Below the pieces are notes generated by a model, which made no database searches, was not told where the DNA came from, and saw only the letters and a program-made list of their open reading frames with translations. From Camelus ferus (lineage: Eukaryota), in assembly GCF_009834535.1 (NCBI RefSeq), contig NC_045707.1, positions 49,664,001 to 49,728,000 of the forward strand: a stretch of 64,000 nt of DNA, given 5' to 3'. The translations under genes and the position numbers were made by a program. Positions 51,438 through 64,000 of this stretch are shown here, piece by piece (the first letter of the stretch is position 1; every line of letters begins with the position of its first letter).

Positions 51438-52002
51438 CACAAGAATCTCCTGAGTCTTTATAATAGGCAAAATCTATGTTAAACCTCAAAAATACAATGA
51501 TGAACACTATAGTGTCCCTGAATTTAAGATGCTTACAGGACATCTTAAACACAACATAAAAAGAGATGGAATTCAGAGTGTAAGTCACTGATTACTTAGG
51601 GAGATTAAATGAGGTGGTAAAATGTTATCAGAGTAGAAGATAATTCAGCAAGTTTCAGTGGTAGCAAAGAGTAAAGAAATTTATTCTGTGTTTGAAGTTA
51701 TATGTGTTCAAATAAATTGGGGCTGATGAAAATTTATTGAAATTGCTCCATTTCTAAGGCTTGACAACTTTGTAACTGGAGAAAATCATAAAGCAGGTAT
51801 TCATAATATCCAAATTCCTCCTAACATTGTATTTGATTATCAGAAATACTTTATTATTTAAAGCATAGCAAAGAATCTTACTACCACTTTGAATATATTT
51901 GAGTAGTGTTCATTTATCTCTTAAACCTAAAATGCACACTATTTTTTTTAATTCTTAACTATGTTTGTATTATATATACAAGAAACTTTTTTCCATGGTT
52001 AA

Positions 52003-52120
52003 TTCATTTAATAAATATTTATTGAATACTTCCTACCTACCAAGCACTGTGTCTGCAATAAAACAAAACAAAACAAAACAAAAAAAAACACATGATCCCA
52101 GTCCTCATAAAACTTGTATA
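52003..52120 (-). mobile_element. L2 3' end
   Basis: TTCATTTAATAAATATTTATTGAATACTTCCTACCTACCAAGCACTGTG. Confidence 0.8.
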
Positions 52121-52960
52121 CTGGTAAACAGCCTCAAATTTTGTATTATAAATCATTGGGAAAGTAGTGTTTCCTTAAAAAAATTTAGTTTATAACAAAC
52201 TTGGCTAAAATGCAAATATCCCAATAAATAGCGCATGACTGCCTCTGCTGTTTTAGAACCACAGTTCTGAAACCACAAAGCACAGGCTTAAAGTGAAATG
52301 GACTCAGTTCAAATTCAGCTTTGTACCTTCTTGGATCTCTGACTCCACCTTTAGAATCAGAATAATAACCCCAACTTCACAGTCCTGTTGTGAAAATTAC
52401 ATGGTATGTGTGCAGGGAGGACCTGACACCTGAAAAGTGGTAGCTCTTGAAAATGCTACTTCTGTTTGTGTCGTACTTAGTAACTAAACCAGAAGATTGA
52501 ATTGAAGTCACTGCTTGCAAAATGGTATGTCCTGGTATATTTGTGTATTTATGATTGACTGAGGGATATCTGAAATTTTTTATTTTAAATACACTTGTTT
52601 GTGAAGTCTGTCTTAATTATAAGAATCACTATTCTTGTTTTAGTACACTTGGTGTAGTCTGAGAATAATGCAGTATTTATCAAAGAAATTCTGGACCCTA
52701 AATTGAAGGGTGCCAGGTCAGTAAATACGTGAACTTGTGATTTGGGGGCTGTGTATATAAGGGGGTGTATGTTTGAGGACATTTCAGTGCCTCTGTGCCA
52801 GGATCATAAATATAAGTTAATGGATTAGTAACAAAAATGGTATAGCAAGAGTCAAGCTGAAAATGAATTCCCAGAAACATACTCTGATATCAGTAATTGC
52901 TTTTAGAAAATGAAGTGTTCTATGTGTCTGTTGATGATGGTAAAATCCCTAATTTTAGGA

Positions 52961-53450
52961 TAGGTTTAGTAAATTGCTTAATTCTTTTAGTTTTTGCTTA
53001 CCTGTGAAATTGTTTATCTCTCCTTCTACTCTAAAGGATAATCTTGCCAGATAGAGTATACTAAGTTACAGCTTTTTCTCATTCAGGACTTTGAATATTT
53101 CTTGCCACTCCCTTCTGGCCAGCATTGTTTGTGTAGAAAAATCAGCTGAATGCCTTATGGGGGTTCCCTTGTAACAAACTCTGTTTTTCTCTTGCTGCCT
53201 TTAGAATCCTTTCTTTATCTTTAACTTTGGCCATCTTAATTGTAGTATGTCTTGGTGTATGTCTGTTTGGGTTCTTCTTGTTTGGGACCCTCTTTGCCTC
53301 CTTTACTTGGATATCTGTTTCCTTCTTTAGGTTTAGAAAGTTTTCAGTCGTGATTTCTTCAAATACCTTTTCAATCCCCTTTTCTCTTTTTTCTCCTTCT
53401 GGGACCCCTATTATATGTAGGTTGGCACACTTTATATTATCCCATAGGTC
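52961..53450 (-). mobile_element. Isolated internal L1 ORF1 fragment (RRM and CTD), disrupted
   Basis: Manual minus-strand translation: DLWDNIKCANLHIIGVPEGEKREKGIEKVFEEITTENFLNLKKETDIQVKEAKRVPNKKNPNRHTPRHTTIKMAKVKDKERILKAAREKQ, frameshift, then YKGTPIRHSADFSTQTMLARREWQEIFKVLNEKKL*. Confidence 0.93.
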
Positions 53451-54536
53451 CCTACAAATTTTTTTAAAAGGCTATGAGAGTATGGAGAATAGAGTAATCC
53501 CATCCATTCATATATGTGATTTATACCCTCCCTTTCAGGCTATCTTAAGGTATAGTCTAATCTGATGCCATCTGTATAAAATTTCAGTCAATGGATGGCA
53601 GCAAGGAAAGTCATAAAATATAATTTTCTCTGGATCATTTTTGTACCCTCAATACTGCCCTCACATTTGAAGGGCACCTTGCCCCATCACCTAATGGCTA
53701 ATATTTCCCAAACCTGGAAACTCTCACTAGTGACTAGTACTTGTGGGTAGGCTGGGCCAGCAGTGTCATTGGTATATCCTTCTCAACAAACACCGTGACA
53801 AGTTTAATTTTCTTTGACTGGGGCCTCCGAATATCAGTGACAGAGATAAAGCACTAGCTCTGGGGTCTGTGGGTCGGTAGTTCCCATCTATAAGTAGTCA
53901 TTTAATTGAAAAGATATTTTTGACTTGTTAGAGGGAAAAGTGACTGGCAAAGTTCATCAGGAATATATTAACATAAAACATCAATTCTCAATTTGTAAGT
54001 GATAATGTGAAAAGTGGCAGATGATTTATCCTGACTGATTTATCAGTAATACTTGAGTAATTAAAAGTTAGGAGACATTCTGAAATACCCACTGGTGGAT
54101 GTTAGGCAATTTAAATATCTTTCAGTGTACTTTGAGTACTTTCACTCAGATTTGTGCGTATGTCAAACTGGTGGGCAACATGTCAAAATCAAGACGGATT
54201 GATACCAATGGAGCACTAGGAATTAAGGTAGGGTTTCTTAGAGAGCAAAGATATCAATCTGGTGTTGTACCATTAGTAAGAGATGAATTTCAACCAAAGG
54301 AAAAATAATTTTATAATCTCTTGCAAATTGTGGTACCAGAGTTGATGCTAGATGACCTTAATTTCATTCATTTTCCAGAGAAGCTTACTCCTTCTTTCAG
54401 GTGTAAGTTTTTGAACCTTTTGGCTGAGTTTCTAATTCTGAATGTTCATGAAAGTTCAAAAACATACTGTCTACAGAAGGACCAAAAAAGACTAGATTTT
54501 TTTTCTAGTAAAAAGTTTAGTAAGTAGTCAATTTGA

Positions 54537-55208
54537 AGAAATGCAGATTGGTACGCCACTATGGAAAACAATATGAAGGTATCTCAAAAACCTAAAAATA
54601 GAACTATCATATAATACAGCAGTACCACTCCTGGGTATGTATCTGAAAAAAAGTGAAAACAGTAATTTGGAAAGATACATGCACCCCCATGTTCATAGCA
54701 GCATAATTTACAATTGCCAAGATATGGAAGCAACCTAACTGTCCATCAACAGATGAATGGATAAAGAAGATGTGCATACAGTGAAATACTACTCAGCCAT
54801 AAAAAAAGAATGAAAATTTGCCATTTGCAACAACATGGATGGACTTGGAGGGTATTATGCTAAGTGAAATTAGTCAGAGAAAGACAAATATTGTATGATA
54901 TCACTTATGTGTGGAATCTAAAAATAAAACAAACCAATGAATGTAACAAAAAAAGAAGCAGGCTCACAAATACAGAGAACAAACTAGTGGGAGGGACAAA
55001 AGAGAAGTATGGGATGAAGATATACACACTTCTATATATAAAATAAGCTGCAAGGGTATATCGTATAGCACAGGGAATGTAGCCAATATTTTATAACTTT
55101 AATGGAGTATAACCTTTAAAAATTGTGAATCACCATGTCTTACACCTGAAACTTATATAATATTGTACATCAACTATACTTCAATAAAATAGACACATAA
55201 ATTAAATG
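54537..55208 (+). mobile_element. 5'-truncated L1 with a 14-bp target-site duplication
   Basis: GCCACTATGGAAAACAATATGAAGG ... CATCAACTATACTTCAATAAAA; AGTAGTCAATTTGA at both 54523-54536 and 55209-55222. Confidence 0.93.
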
Positions 55209-55515
55209 AGTAGTCAATTTGATATCACAAGATACAATAAGTTACCATGGTCTTAAGTTTTTAAGCACTAAGTAGACTTTCCCCTGATCAGTGCAGAAAT
55301 TATTATTCCATAAATTCCTCTTGAATTCCGACAGTGCTCATTGAGAAGGAACTCCTTGTTGACATTAAAAACATCCTAAAAACTGCAATCAGGTGATACC
55401 CTTACCCTTTTCTACTCATGGCTGAAAATTACATCCTTACATGCAACATATCTCTTCTTTAGGGTCATTTGTCCAAATTGGCTGCAAGAAGAAAATTCAC
55501 AATATGAGTAAAGCA

Positions 55516-55516
<1 letters not shown>

Positions 55517-55548
<32 letters not shown>
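55517..55548. repeat. (AC)16 microsatellite
   Basis: Perfect AC run seen directly. Confidence 0.97.
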
Positions 55549-55551
<3 letters not shown>

Positions 55552-55814
55552 GGTATTAAACTTAAGTTGATCCTGACAAAAGAAGTAATTTTCATACCTA
55601 TGAGTATTTCACTAATATTGCACACTAATCAAACCCTTGCCAAGTATCTATTTGCTGCATTATAAATGCATCTATGAAGGACTTTATATTGATCCAGTTG
55701 TTTGTTTTTTTAATTTGTCTAATGACCAAAACATCGTATTCTCAATCACTGAAAGTCTGTGCTCTCTCAGTAGTTATGAATCTGTATAAGAGGGGGAAAG
55801 CTTAGCATAGTGTG

Positions 55815-56254
55815 GTATATTAGTGTTCTCCAGAGAAGCAGAACCAATAGGAGATGTGTATACAGTCATATGAATTGGCTCAGCCAGTTAGGGAGGCTGA
55901 GAAGCCCCACAGTCTGCCACTTGCAAGCTGGAGACCCAGAATAACCTGTAGTGCACTTTGGTCTAAGGTCAAAGGCCCTAGAACCAGGAGTGCAGATGTT
56001 GGAGGGCAAGAGAAGATGGATGTCCCAGCTCAGGTACATTCTCCCTTCCTTCACCTTTTTGTTCTATTCAGGCATCAACAGATTGGATGATACTCACTCA
56101 CATTAATGAAGACAGTCTTCTTTACCCAGTCTACCAACTCAAATGCTAATCTCTTCTGAAAATACACTCACAGACACACCTAGTAATAATGTTTTGCCAG
56201 TTGTCTAGGCATCTGTTAGCCCAGTCAAGTGGACACAAAAACTCACCCATCACG
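55815..56254 (-). mobile_element. MLT2 (ERVL) solo LTR, MLT2B-like
   Basis: TTCTCCAGAGAAGCAGAACCAATAGGAGAT, GGAGGCTGAGAAGCCCCACAGTCTGCC, CTCAAATGCTAATCTCTTC and CCCAGTCAAGTGGACACA. Confidence 0.9.
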
Positions 56255-56289
56255 GGTGGGATTATCAGCTTCATTAACATCACTTCTGA

Positions 56290-56500
56290 TACAGCCTTTT
56301 ATGTGGCTGACATTATGCTAAAGTAAGCATTTTATTTGCATGATCTCAAGCCTCTCAACAATCCAGTGTGACAAGTGCTATATAATAATTATCTCCATTC
56401 TTCAGATTAGGAAATAGAGGCTTAGAGAAATTCAATAACTTGTCCAAAAACACAGGGTAAGAGACGGGAGGAATTAAACACACAGGTCTCCGTAACACCA
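56290..56500 (-). mobile_element. MIR
   Basis: TATCTCCATTCTTCAGATTAGGAAATAGAGGCTTAGAGAAATTCAATAACTTGTCCAA. Confidence 0.8.
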
Positions 56501-58284
56501 AAAGACCACACCCAAACCCCTCATCCTATAATTGCCCGTGTCTAATTTGAAAACAGAGACTTGATTATTATAAAGCATCCTATATGTGTAAGACATGTGA
56601 AAGTCAAGGGATATTAATGTGATTTAGTTAAGTAAACAGGGTGATTTGTAGAGTTCTGGAATTGAGAGTTTCTTTTATTGACTTATTATTTATGCCCTAT
56701 TTTGTTGTAAGGGTAAAACTACGATTTAATACAAAAAAAAAAATCTTCATAAGAAACAGGTGGTCAGAAAACCAACCTGGCAAAAACAGAAAATGTTTGA
56801 AGCAGAGTTACACTGGCTGTCATGCACACGTCACTCTACAGCTTCTTTCTTCCCAGCGCCTAATGGGAAAACATAAAGTTGACCTAAACTTCAGGTTTCC
56901 CAGGGTTTGGCAGGCCGTCTCTTTTTGAGGGCTGGTATGACCACACAGGCAGTCCAGACAGCTGCTCTGGGGCCAGGCCACTCAGAGTGTGGCCGTTTAG
57001 ACTGGTGTGGGTGGTAGCAGTTAGCAGACCACAGGGCCAGGTTCCTGTAATGCTCCTCTCAGAATCCAGGTGGTCAAGGGGATTCTCTCCCACCCCTTCC
57101 ACATACCCCACTTAATCCAGAAAGGTTGGTTGGATAGGGAAAGGCTTCCACTCCAAGTAGAAGAGCAAGTTGAGGAGGCAAACTTGCACCCCAGTGTGGG
57201 GGCGTGCCAGGCTTCCAAGCAGCTGGGTGCTGATTCGCAGGAGTGCTGGGGTATGAAGCGGGCCTGTCAATGTACATGTCAGCCTCCAACCCACTGATGT
57301 GACTCAGCTGGGAACACACTCTGCTGTGGGGGTGGCCCTGTCCTTTTCATTCCTCTAAGGATTTCCTGGGAGTTGAAGTATCACGAGGAGCTGCCAGAAT
57401 GAGCATGTGCAGATGGCAGGTAGGGGTTCACGTCAGCAAAGAACAAGCACTTCTGTTTTTTTCAGTCATGGCAAGTCAAAATGCAGCACTTAACAGGGGA
57501 GGCTCACTAGGGAAGTCAAAAAGAAAAGCACATAGGCCTTCACATTAGGCAGAAGAGAATGCACAGAGCTGTTAGAAAGCCCGGAGGGAAATAGAAGCTG
57601 AAGAAGTGTTCCTACTTACACACTAATGATGTTTATCTGCATGGAGACTCCCTCTGTGTTAGTCCTCTATACACTATTTGGGGCCATTAACATTTAAGAT
57701 AATTCATTATAAATGTACTCTGTATTCGAACTCAGAATAGTAACTCAAACATTTTGGAAATCTGTTTTTACTTACACTGTTTTTTGCCTCCACCAGGAAG
57801 TGAACAGTTCAGTTATGATAACCCGCCCCACGATAATTGACTTCTACCTCCAACCTTGCTTCTGAATATTCAAACATACAGCTTTGGGATGAAGTGAGAG
57901 GCAGGAAACCTGACGGGCCTGCGGGTGGAGCAGATGAGGGGGATCTCTCTGTTTTACGTAAACTCAGGCACTTTGGAGGTTGGGAGATGTGTTTTCCAGG
58001 GTGACCCTTGACCACCCGGATTCTGAGAGGACCATTACTTCTTCAATCCTAATTAAGAGGTTGTTATCAGCATCCTGTAATGCATCCTGTAATGCAAATG
58101 CCGAATTTAAACATCAATTTGAACAGGAATGAACAAAGAAAAATTACAAACACACTCTAATAGGAAAACTGCAACTTCCTAGATTATCTGCATTGATGTA
58201 TATGAGTAGTTATTGAGGTCTGTATCTGGATACTGCATTTTCAACATGCAGTAAAGGAATAAACATGAACATTCGAATCATAAA

Positions 58285-58610
58285 GATCACAGTCAAATCT
58301 AGACCCTATGACATTGGATGAAGCACTTATGCACTACAAGTTGTGGCTCCTCATCTAAAAAATGAGGGAAAAATAATACCTAGGTAATACAGGTAATAGA
58401 GAATGTAAATTCCCACCAGTTTGTAAACTTCATGAGAGCAGATAATCTGAGGTTTGGGGAGTTTTCCCCCCAATTGCTGTATCTTCAATACCTAAGACAT
58501 TCCCTGGCCCTCAAATATTTGTTGAATGAATGAATGAATATTATGCACAAAAAAGAGATTCCGTATATGAAGTGTCTATCCCCCATTTAATTAATAAATG
58601 TTAGCTCCTT
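58285..58610 (+). mobile_element. MIR interrupted by an L2 3' end (about 58410-58539)
   Basis: CCTCATCTAAAAAATGAGGGAAAAATAATACCT (MIR); TGTAAACTTCATGAGAGCAG...CTCAAATATTTGTTGAATGAATGAATGAAT (L2); AATAAATGTTAGCT (MIR). Confidence 0.75.
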
Positions 58611-58784
58611 CATTAACCTCCACCTGACCCCATCTACTTTCCTACCATACTAATTTAAACATTTAAGGCTGAATTATTTTGACTCAATTCATACAATTGG
58701 TTCGTGCTCAGGTATTCTTACACATTTACACTAAGAATTGTCTTTGAGTCTTTCTTTTCTATATTCCCTTATCAAGCTAATTAG

Positions 58785-60045
58785 CAGGTACTATTAATTC
58801 AACCTCCAGAATATACCTCAGATCCATCTATTTCTGTCCACCTCCACTGTCACTATCTAATCTAAGCCATCATCCCCCACACGGACTCTGGAAATAACCT
58901 CCTGACTAGTGTCTCCCATTCCACTGCACCTTTACACCCACAGCTGGATCTCCAGTCTTGTACATTTTCTTTTCTCCTGCCCATGTTCGAGCCATCCAGT
59001 CTTCCTTTCTGTTCCTCACATATCAAGCTCTTTCTGGTCTCAAACCTTCATGCTTGTTATTCATTCTGCCTAGGAATGCCCTTCTTCTGGCTCTTGTGCA
59101 TAAGGTTCTTGCACGTGCACCAGGTCTCTGTTCAAACACACCTCTTCAGAGAGGCTTTCCCTGTGTATCACTTTTTCTCTACCATGTTTCTTCATGTTCA
59201 TTACCTATTTGCTCACTGATTTAATCTAGGCTAAAACTGGCTTTACTGGCTGTGAGGACTTAGGTGAGATCCTTAACCACTTAGTATCTTCACCTGTAAG
59301 ATAAACCCTTATCTGTAATAATAATACCAATCTCACAGGGCTGTTGAAAAATAATAAGATATTACATGGGAAAAGCTCTGAACATTACCTGGAACGTGTA
59401 CTTGCTCCCTTAATATTAGTTATTTCTATAGTTTTATTATTATATTCACCTGCAGAAATATAGGTTCCTTGAGGCCCAGGATTACATCTGTTTTTTCAAC
59501 ACTGCATTATTAGTTCCCGGAACTGTGCTGGCACTAAGTCAGTCATCAATAAATATTTGAATGCTACCTAAAGAGGCCACATACATTGCAACTAAAGAGC
59601 TTCTTATAAATACAAAGTCATGTTTAAATATGCATAGGTTAATTTGCTGCAACAGCTACATGATGTGAGAAAGAAAAGGGAAATTGCTATCTGACCACAT
59701 CTCACTAGTGCTACCACTACTACCCTGGCCAGGCCACTGGGATTATTCTAGTAGCCAGGAGGTCTCCTTTCTTCTGTTCTCACCTCTCACCTACAAGCTA
59801 TTCTCTACACGGAAGTCAGAGTGATTCTATTAACACACACATCAGATCATGTCACTCTTGTACTTAAAACCCTCCAGTCGTTTCCCATCACACTTGGAAT
59901 AAAGTCTAAATTCCTTGCCATAGCCTAAGGCTTATACCATCTGGCAGCTGCCTGATTCTTCAAACTCATCTTCTACCACTCTGCTCCCTGGTGCCACTAC
60001 ATGCTGACCTTTTCCCCACCAGCCCCACTCATGCTGCTCCAGTCA
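58785..60045 (+). mobile_element. L2 fragments with a nested MIR (about 59230-59430)
   Basis: ACCTCCAGAATATACCTCAGATCCATC, AATAACCTCCTGACTAGTGTC, TCAGAGAGGCTTTCCCTG and TCAGATCATGTCACTCTTGTACTTAAAACCCTCCAG. Confidence 0.75.
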
Positions 60046-60069
60046 GGAAAGAAGAAGAATTTTTAAATC

Positions 60070-63000
60070 ATATTAGAAATTAATGTAAAATTGGAATGAT
60101 CAAAAAGAACAGACATAGCAAAAACACAATAAGTAAGAAAGCAAACAAAATGAATGAAATTAAAGAACTGAAGAGTAGTAGAGAAAAAAAGGAAAAGTGG
60201 AAGACTGACAAAGGAGATCCAATGTTTGCATGGAGAGAGTACCCAAAGAGAAAAGTTAAAATGTTTAACAAAACAAATATTGAACATTACAGTTTAAGAC
60301 AATTTTCCCTAAATATAGATTCGATCTCTATATTGCAAAGCCATGCTGTTTCATGACCGAAAAAAGATTGACCCATAATGGTCAATAACTAGTCTTACAG
60401 TAATAAAAGTATTGAATGCTTGAAATGAGAGGGTCAGACATCTAGACAAAAATATCAAGTTATTTATAAAAAAAGGAAATCATATTTGAATCAGACTTAC
60501 TCATAAGAGTTATCAGTACCAGAACAATGGAGCAATGCCTGCAAAATACTCTACCAAAAAAGGGTGACTCAATAATTCTATATCCAGCCAAACTGACCCT
60601 CAAGAATAAAAATTACAGGTGTTTTAAATGTGCAAGAATTCATGGAATATTGTTCCCATGGGCACTTTTCAGGGAGACTACTAGAGGAAAACTTTAGTCA
60701 ATCAAGATGCAACTGGAGGAACTGCACCAAGAGGACTGGCAGTGATCACTGAATGTATTTAACTGTAAGATTAAGACTAACAGAAACTGCAGTTTATGGT
60801 GAAAGAACATAGTGTAAATTGTATATGCCTGACAATAAAATAAGAACTCAACTTTTTTTTAAAAAAATGAGAGAGAAAAGGGAAAGCATATGAGTAGAAT
60901 GGTGAACTCTTCCATCTTCAATGGCCAAGAGTCAAATGCTATAATTTAAAACTGACTTACAAGCATGTGTAACTCTACAAAAGAGAACATTAAGAAAGAT
61001 AATTGACTAAAATTGGAGAATGAGAGGTAAGGAAAGAACAGTAAACAAACTACCTTTATCATTGTTCATAAAAGGAAAGTAATAGATTGTATTTGAAGAC
61101 GATTAGGACCAATGACATTGTATAAAGATATAATTATGAAAATACTAAAATAAAACCATAAACTTATATCCTAGCAAAATTTCACAGTGAAGACAATTAG
61201 CAAAGAAAACAGACCCTATGGTAATAAACTTTTTTTAAAGTTAAAAAAAAAAATCAAAAAAAGAAAAACATCATATAAAATAATAACAAAACTATGACCC
61301 AACACTTCTGTCAAGTCAATAAATGTATGTCATCTTGATGCATCTATATAAAGGAAAATTTTTACAAATTAAATCATAAAGTAAAACCCTACTCCATACC
61401 AAATACAAGGAACGACTAAGACAGTTTTAAAATAAAACAGAGGTCAAAAGTCTACCAAGCAAAAATAAATAATATAAAGTAGAAGTCATAATCTTAATAG
61501 CAAACAAGGTGGAAATAAGGACAAACAGATTTAAATAAGACAAAGAAAGAAAAGACAAAGAAAAGAATTTAATGATGCTAATAACATGTTCAATTCCCAG
61601 TGACAGTATTACAACGAAGTATATCTGTGCAACAAATAACTTAAACATTCATTGAGCAGAAATTACAGGAGATATTAAGAGCAGTAAATACAAACATGAT
61701 AGTCTTGGGAGACTCCAGTTCACCTCTCCAAGTGCGTGGTTAATCAGACAGGCAAAAATTAATAAGAATAAGGTGGCCTAAATATCATAATTGATATAAT
61801 ACAAATGATTGACATAAACACCAGCACCTGAAAATACAGAATACACTTTTTTTTTCAAAAAATGACCAACAGAGAACTTAAATGAAATCTAAAAAATAGA
61901 ACCATACATATAACATTCTTTGATCACACTAACCAGAGACTAGTCACTATTAATAATGATGCAAATATTCTAAATAATATACTAGCAAAAAAGAATGCAG
62001 GAGCTCATTTTAAAAAATAAAAAAATATTAATACCAAATGAGATCATAATGGTCCAGTACTAGAAACTCTATTAATGCAGTTCATCATACTAACAAATCC
62101 AAAGAAAAAAAATTACAGGATCTTTCCATAGATGCTGAAAAAGCATTAGACAAAATTCATCAGTCTTCTGTGATACAACAAACAAAACAACCAAGAAAAC
62201 ATTCACTGAAGTAGAATTAGAAGGAAGCTGTCTTTTCATAATAAAATGTATCTATTTCAATCTATAGCCATCATAATGCTTCTGAAATGTCTTCATTGTG
62301 TTGGCTATGGAAATGGAAATGTCTTCATTGTGTTTGCTAGTAGCCACTAGTACCACTACCATTTAACATTGTTCTAGAGTCATTAGTCAACATCATTACC
62401 CAGGAGAAAAAGTTTTTCATTTATTCAAACAACCAGTTATAAGATTTAATGGAAGAAAAGAATGTATACATAACAGCAGCAGAAAAGATAGAATACAAAA
62501 ACATACTGTCAAGAAAAGTGTGAGACCTGTTAAAAATAAGATAATACTGAAGGCCACAAAGTAGCATTTCTACAAATAGAGAGACAATGTTATTGGGTCG
62601 GAAGGCTGAGCATCACAAATGTGTCAGTTCTCCCTAAATTAATTTAACATGATCTCGATGAAAGCCCGACAGCTTTAACCTGTATCACTCAATGCTAAAT
62701 TTAGTAAGAAAAATGAACGTGGAAGGGGACCAGCCGTAAAAGACATTAAAAGCCTAAATAACTAAGAGTGTCATACTTGTCCATTAGCAAAATAGAAATT
62801 CCAGAAGAAGTATATCAGGTACATAAAGGAATTGAATGTATATAAAAAAAAAAATGCCACCTCAGGTCAATGGGGGAAAAAAGAGACTGGTCAACAAATG
62901 GCTTAAGGATAAGTAAAGTAGTATCTTACCTCATGTGCCAGAATGAATTCCAAAGGTGCCAAAGATTTAAACTGTTTAAGTACAACTATAAAACAGTAAG

Positions 63001-64000
63001 GAGGAATCTTGGAATGATTTCTTTATAAATTTGGGTTAGGAAAGTCTAAACTTTTATGACTCAAACCCCCCAAGTCATAAATTATTTTATTGATGAATTT
63101 GGACAAATAAGGATTTTTTTTTAATTCACAGAAAGAAAATCATGAACAAAGTTTAAAAGAAAAAGACAAACTGTGGGAAATATTCGAAACTCATCACAAA
63201 GAGCTAGATTCTCTCAATATATAAATTGATAAGACCATTGCCCATTTTAAATACAGAAAAAGGAAATGAAATTTACTCTTAAGTAAGTGACAAGATAAAG
63301 AGCCTCCCCCATAAAAAAGAAATGTAAATTAAAACCACACAGGATATCATTTTCTACCTCTCAGTTGGCAAAAATCCTAAGTTAGCTAACACACTCTGTT
63401 GAAGGACTCTGAGGGAAAAAACATTTTCTCATAAATTGAAGTTAGGAGTATAAATTGGGCAGTGTGCTAATATCTATACAGATTACAAATGTATATACCA
63501 TTCACCCCAACAATTCCACGGCTAGGAAAACCCAGATACCCACCAGTGATGTGTGGAATGCTGCATGTCTAAGATTACTCACTGCAAAAAAAAAAAAAAA
63601 AAAAAAAAGGAAATATACAAACGTCCATCAATGTGTAACTGGCTAAATAAGTAGTAGTATGTCCATATAATGGAATTATAAGTCGTTGTTAAAAACTGAA
63701 AGCAGAAACTCTCCTTGTACTGATATCAAGTGATATTCAAGATATATTCAGTGAAAATAGTGTTAATTGAGGAAAAGGAGAAAAGTGTTTGTTTAGTGAA
63801 AAGAGAATAGAGTGTATATAATATATCATCATTTGGGTAAAAAAGAGGAAAATAATGTTTCTGTATTTTCCTGCATTTGCATGAAGGAATTCTAGATGAA
63901 GACTCCAGGATTAGTAATAGCTATTCTCCAGAAGGTTGGACCTAAGGGCAAACCTAAATAAAGAATGAAAGACATGGATATAAAAGACACTTTTTACTGG
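60070..64000 (+). mobile_element. Ancient L1 (L1M/L1ME-type): ORF1, ORF2 and 3' UTR remnants, heavily deleted, running to the window end
   Basis: ORF1-like CAATGGAGCAATGCC...ATTCTATATCCAGCCAAACTG; EN-like TGGGAGACTCCAGTTCACCTCTC; RT-like ATAGATGCTGAAAAAGCATTAGACAAAATTCA; 3' CATATAATGGAATTATA. Confidence 0.85.

Noticed and set aside
58070..58096. 12-bp tandem duplication GCATCCTGTAAT
   Set aside because: Ordinary slippage-size duplication with no further structure
1154..63063. About 20 TGA(C/G)TCA heptamers across the window (hand count)
   Set aside because: Dispersed, several inside repeats, and I cannot show enrichment over genomic background without computation
1..64000. CRISPR-like or other regularly spaced repeat-spacer array; prokaryotic operon or insert
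   Set aside because: No periodic repeat with unique spacers and no gene-dense segment seen; the content is uniformly mammalian

Overview
This is AT-rich placental-mammal genomic DNA, intergenic or deep-intronic. I found no supportable host protein-coding exon, RNA gene, CpG-island promoter or CRISPR-like array. Roughly half of the window is decayed interspersed repeats: old L1/HAL1, L2 and MIR fragments, MLT1/MLT2/ERVL solo LTRs, hAT MITEs (MER5, MER33), a MER104 nested in an L1, and a near-full-length Tigger1 with a dead transposase. There are also four younger L1 pieces, three of them cetartiodactyl-type 3' ends. I saw no young lineage-specific SINE, which together with the L1 3' ends suggests a camelid-like genome (inference). 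The ORF-track peptides are either transposon remnants (Tigger1 transposase, HAL1 ORF1p) or chance ORFs. I did not find a new multi-gene biological system. The most unusual structures are a perfect 53-bp inverted copy of a MER5A end inserted about 800 bp away inside an L1, a perfect 21-bp-stem hairpin, an orphan internal L1 ORF1 fragment, and a palindrome/CpG-rich patch in a repeat-poor block. Repeat family names come from recalled consensus motifs, not from a search, and most repeat boundaries are approximate (tens of bp).
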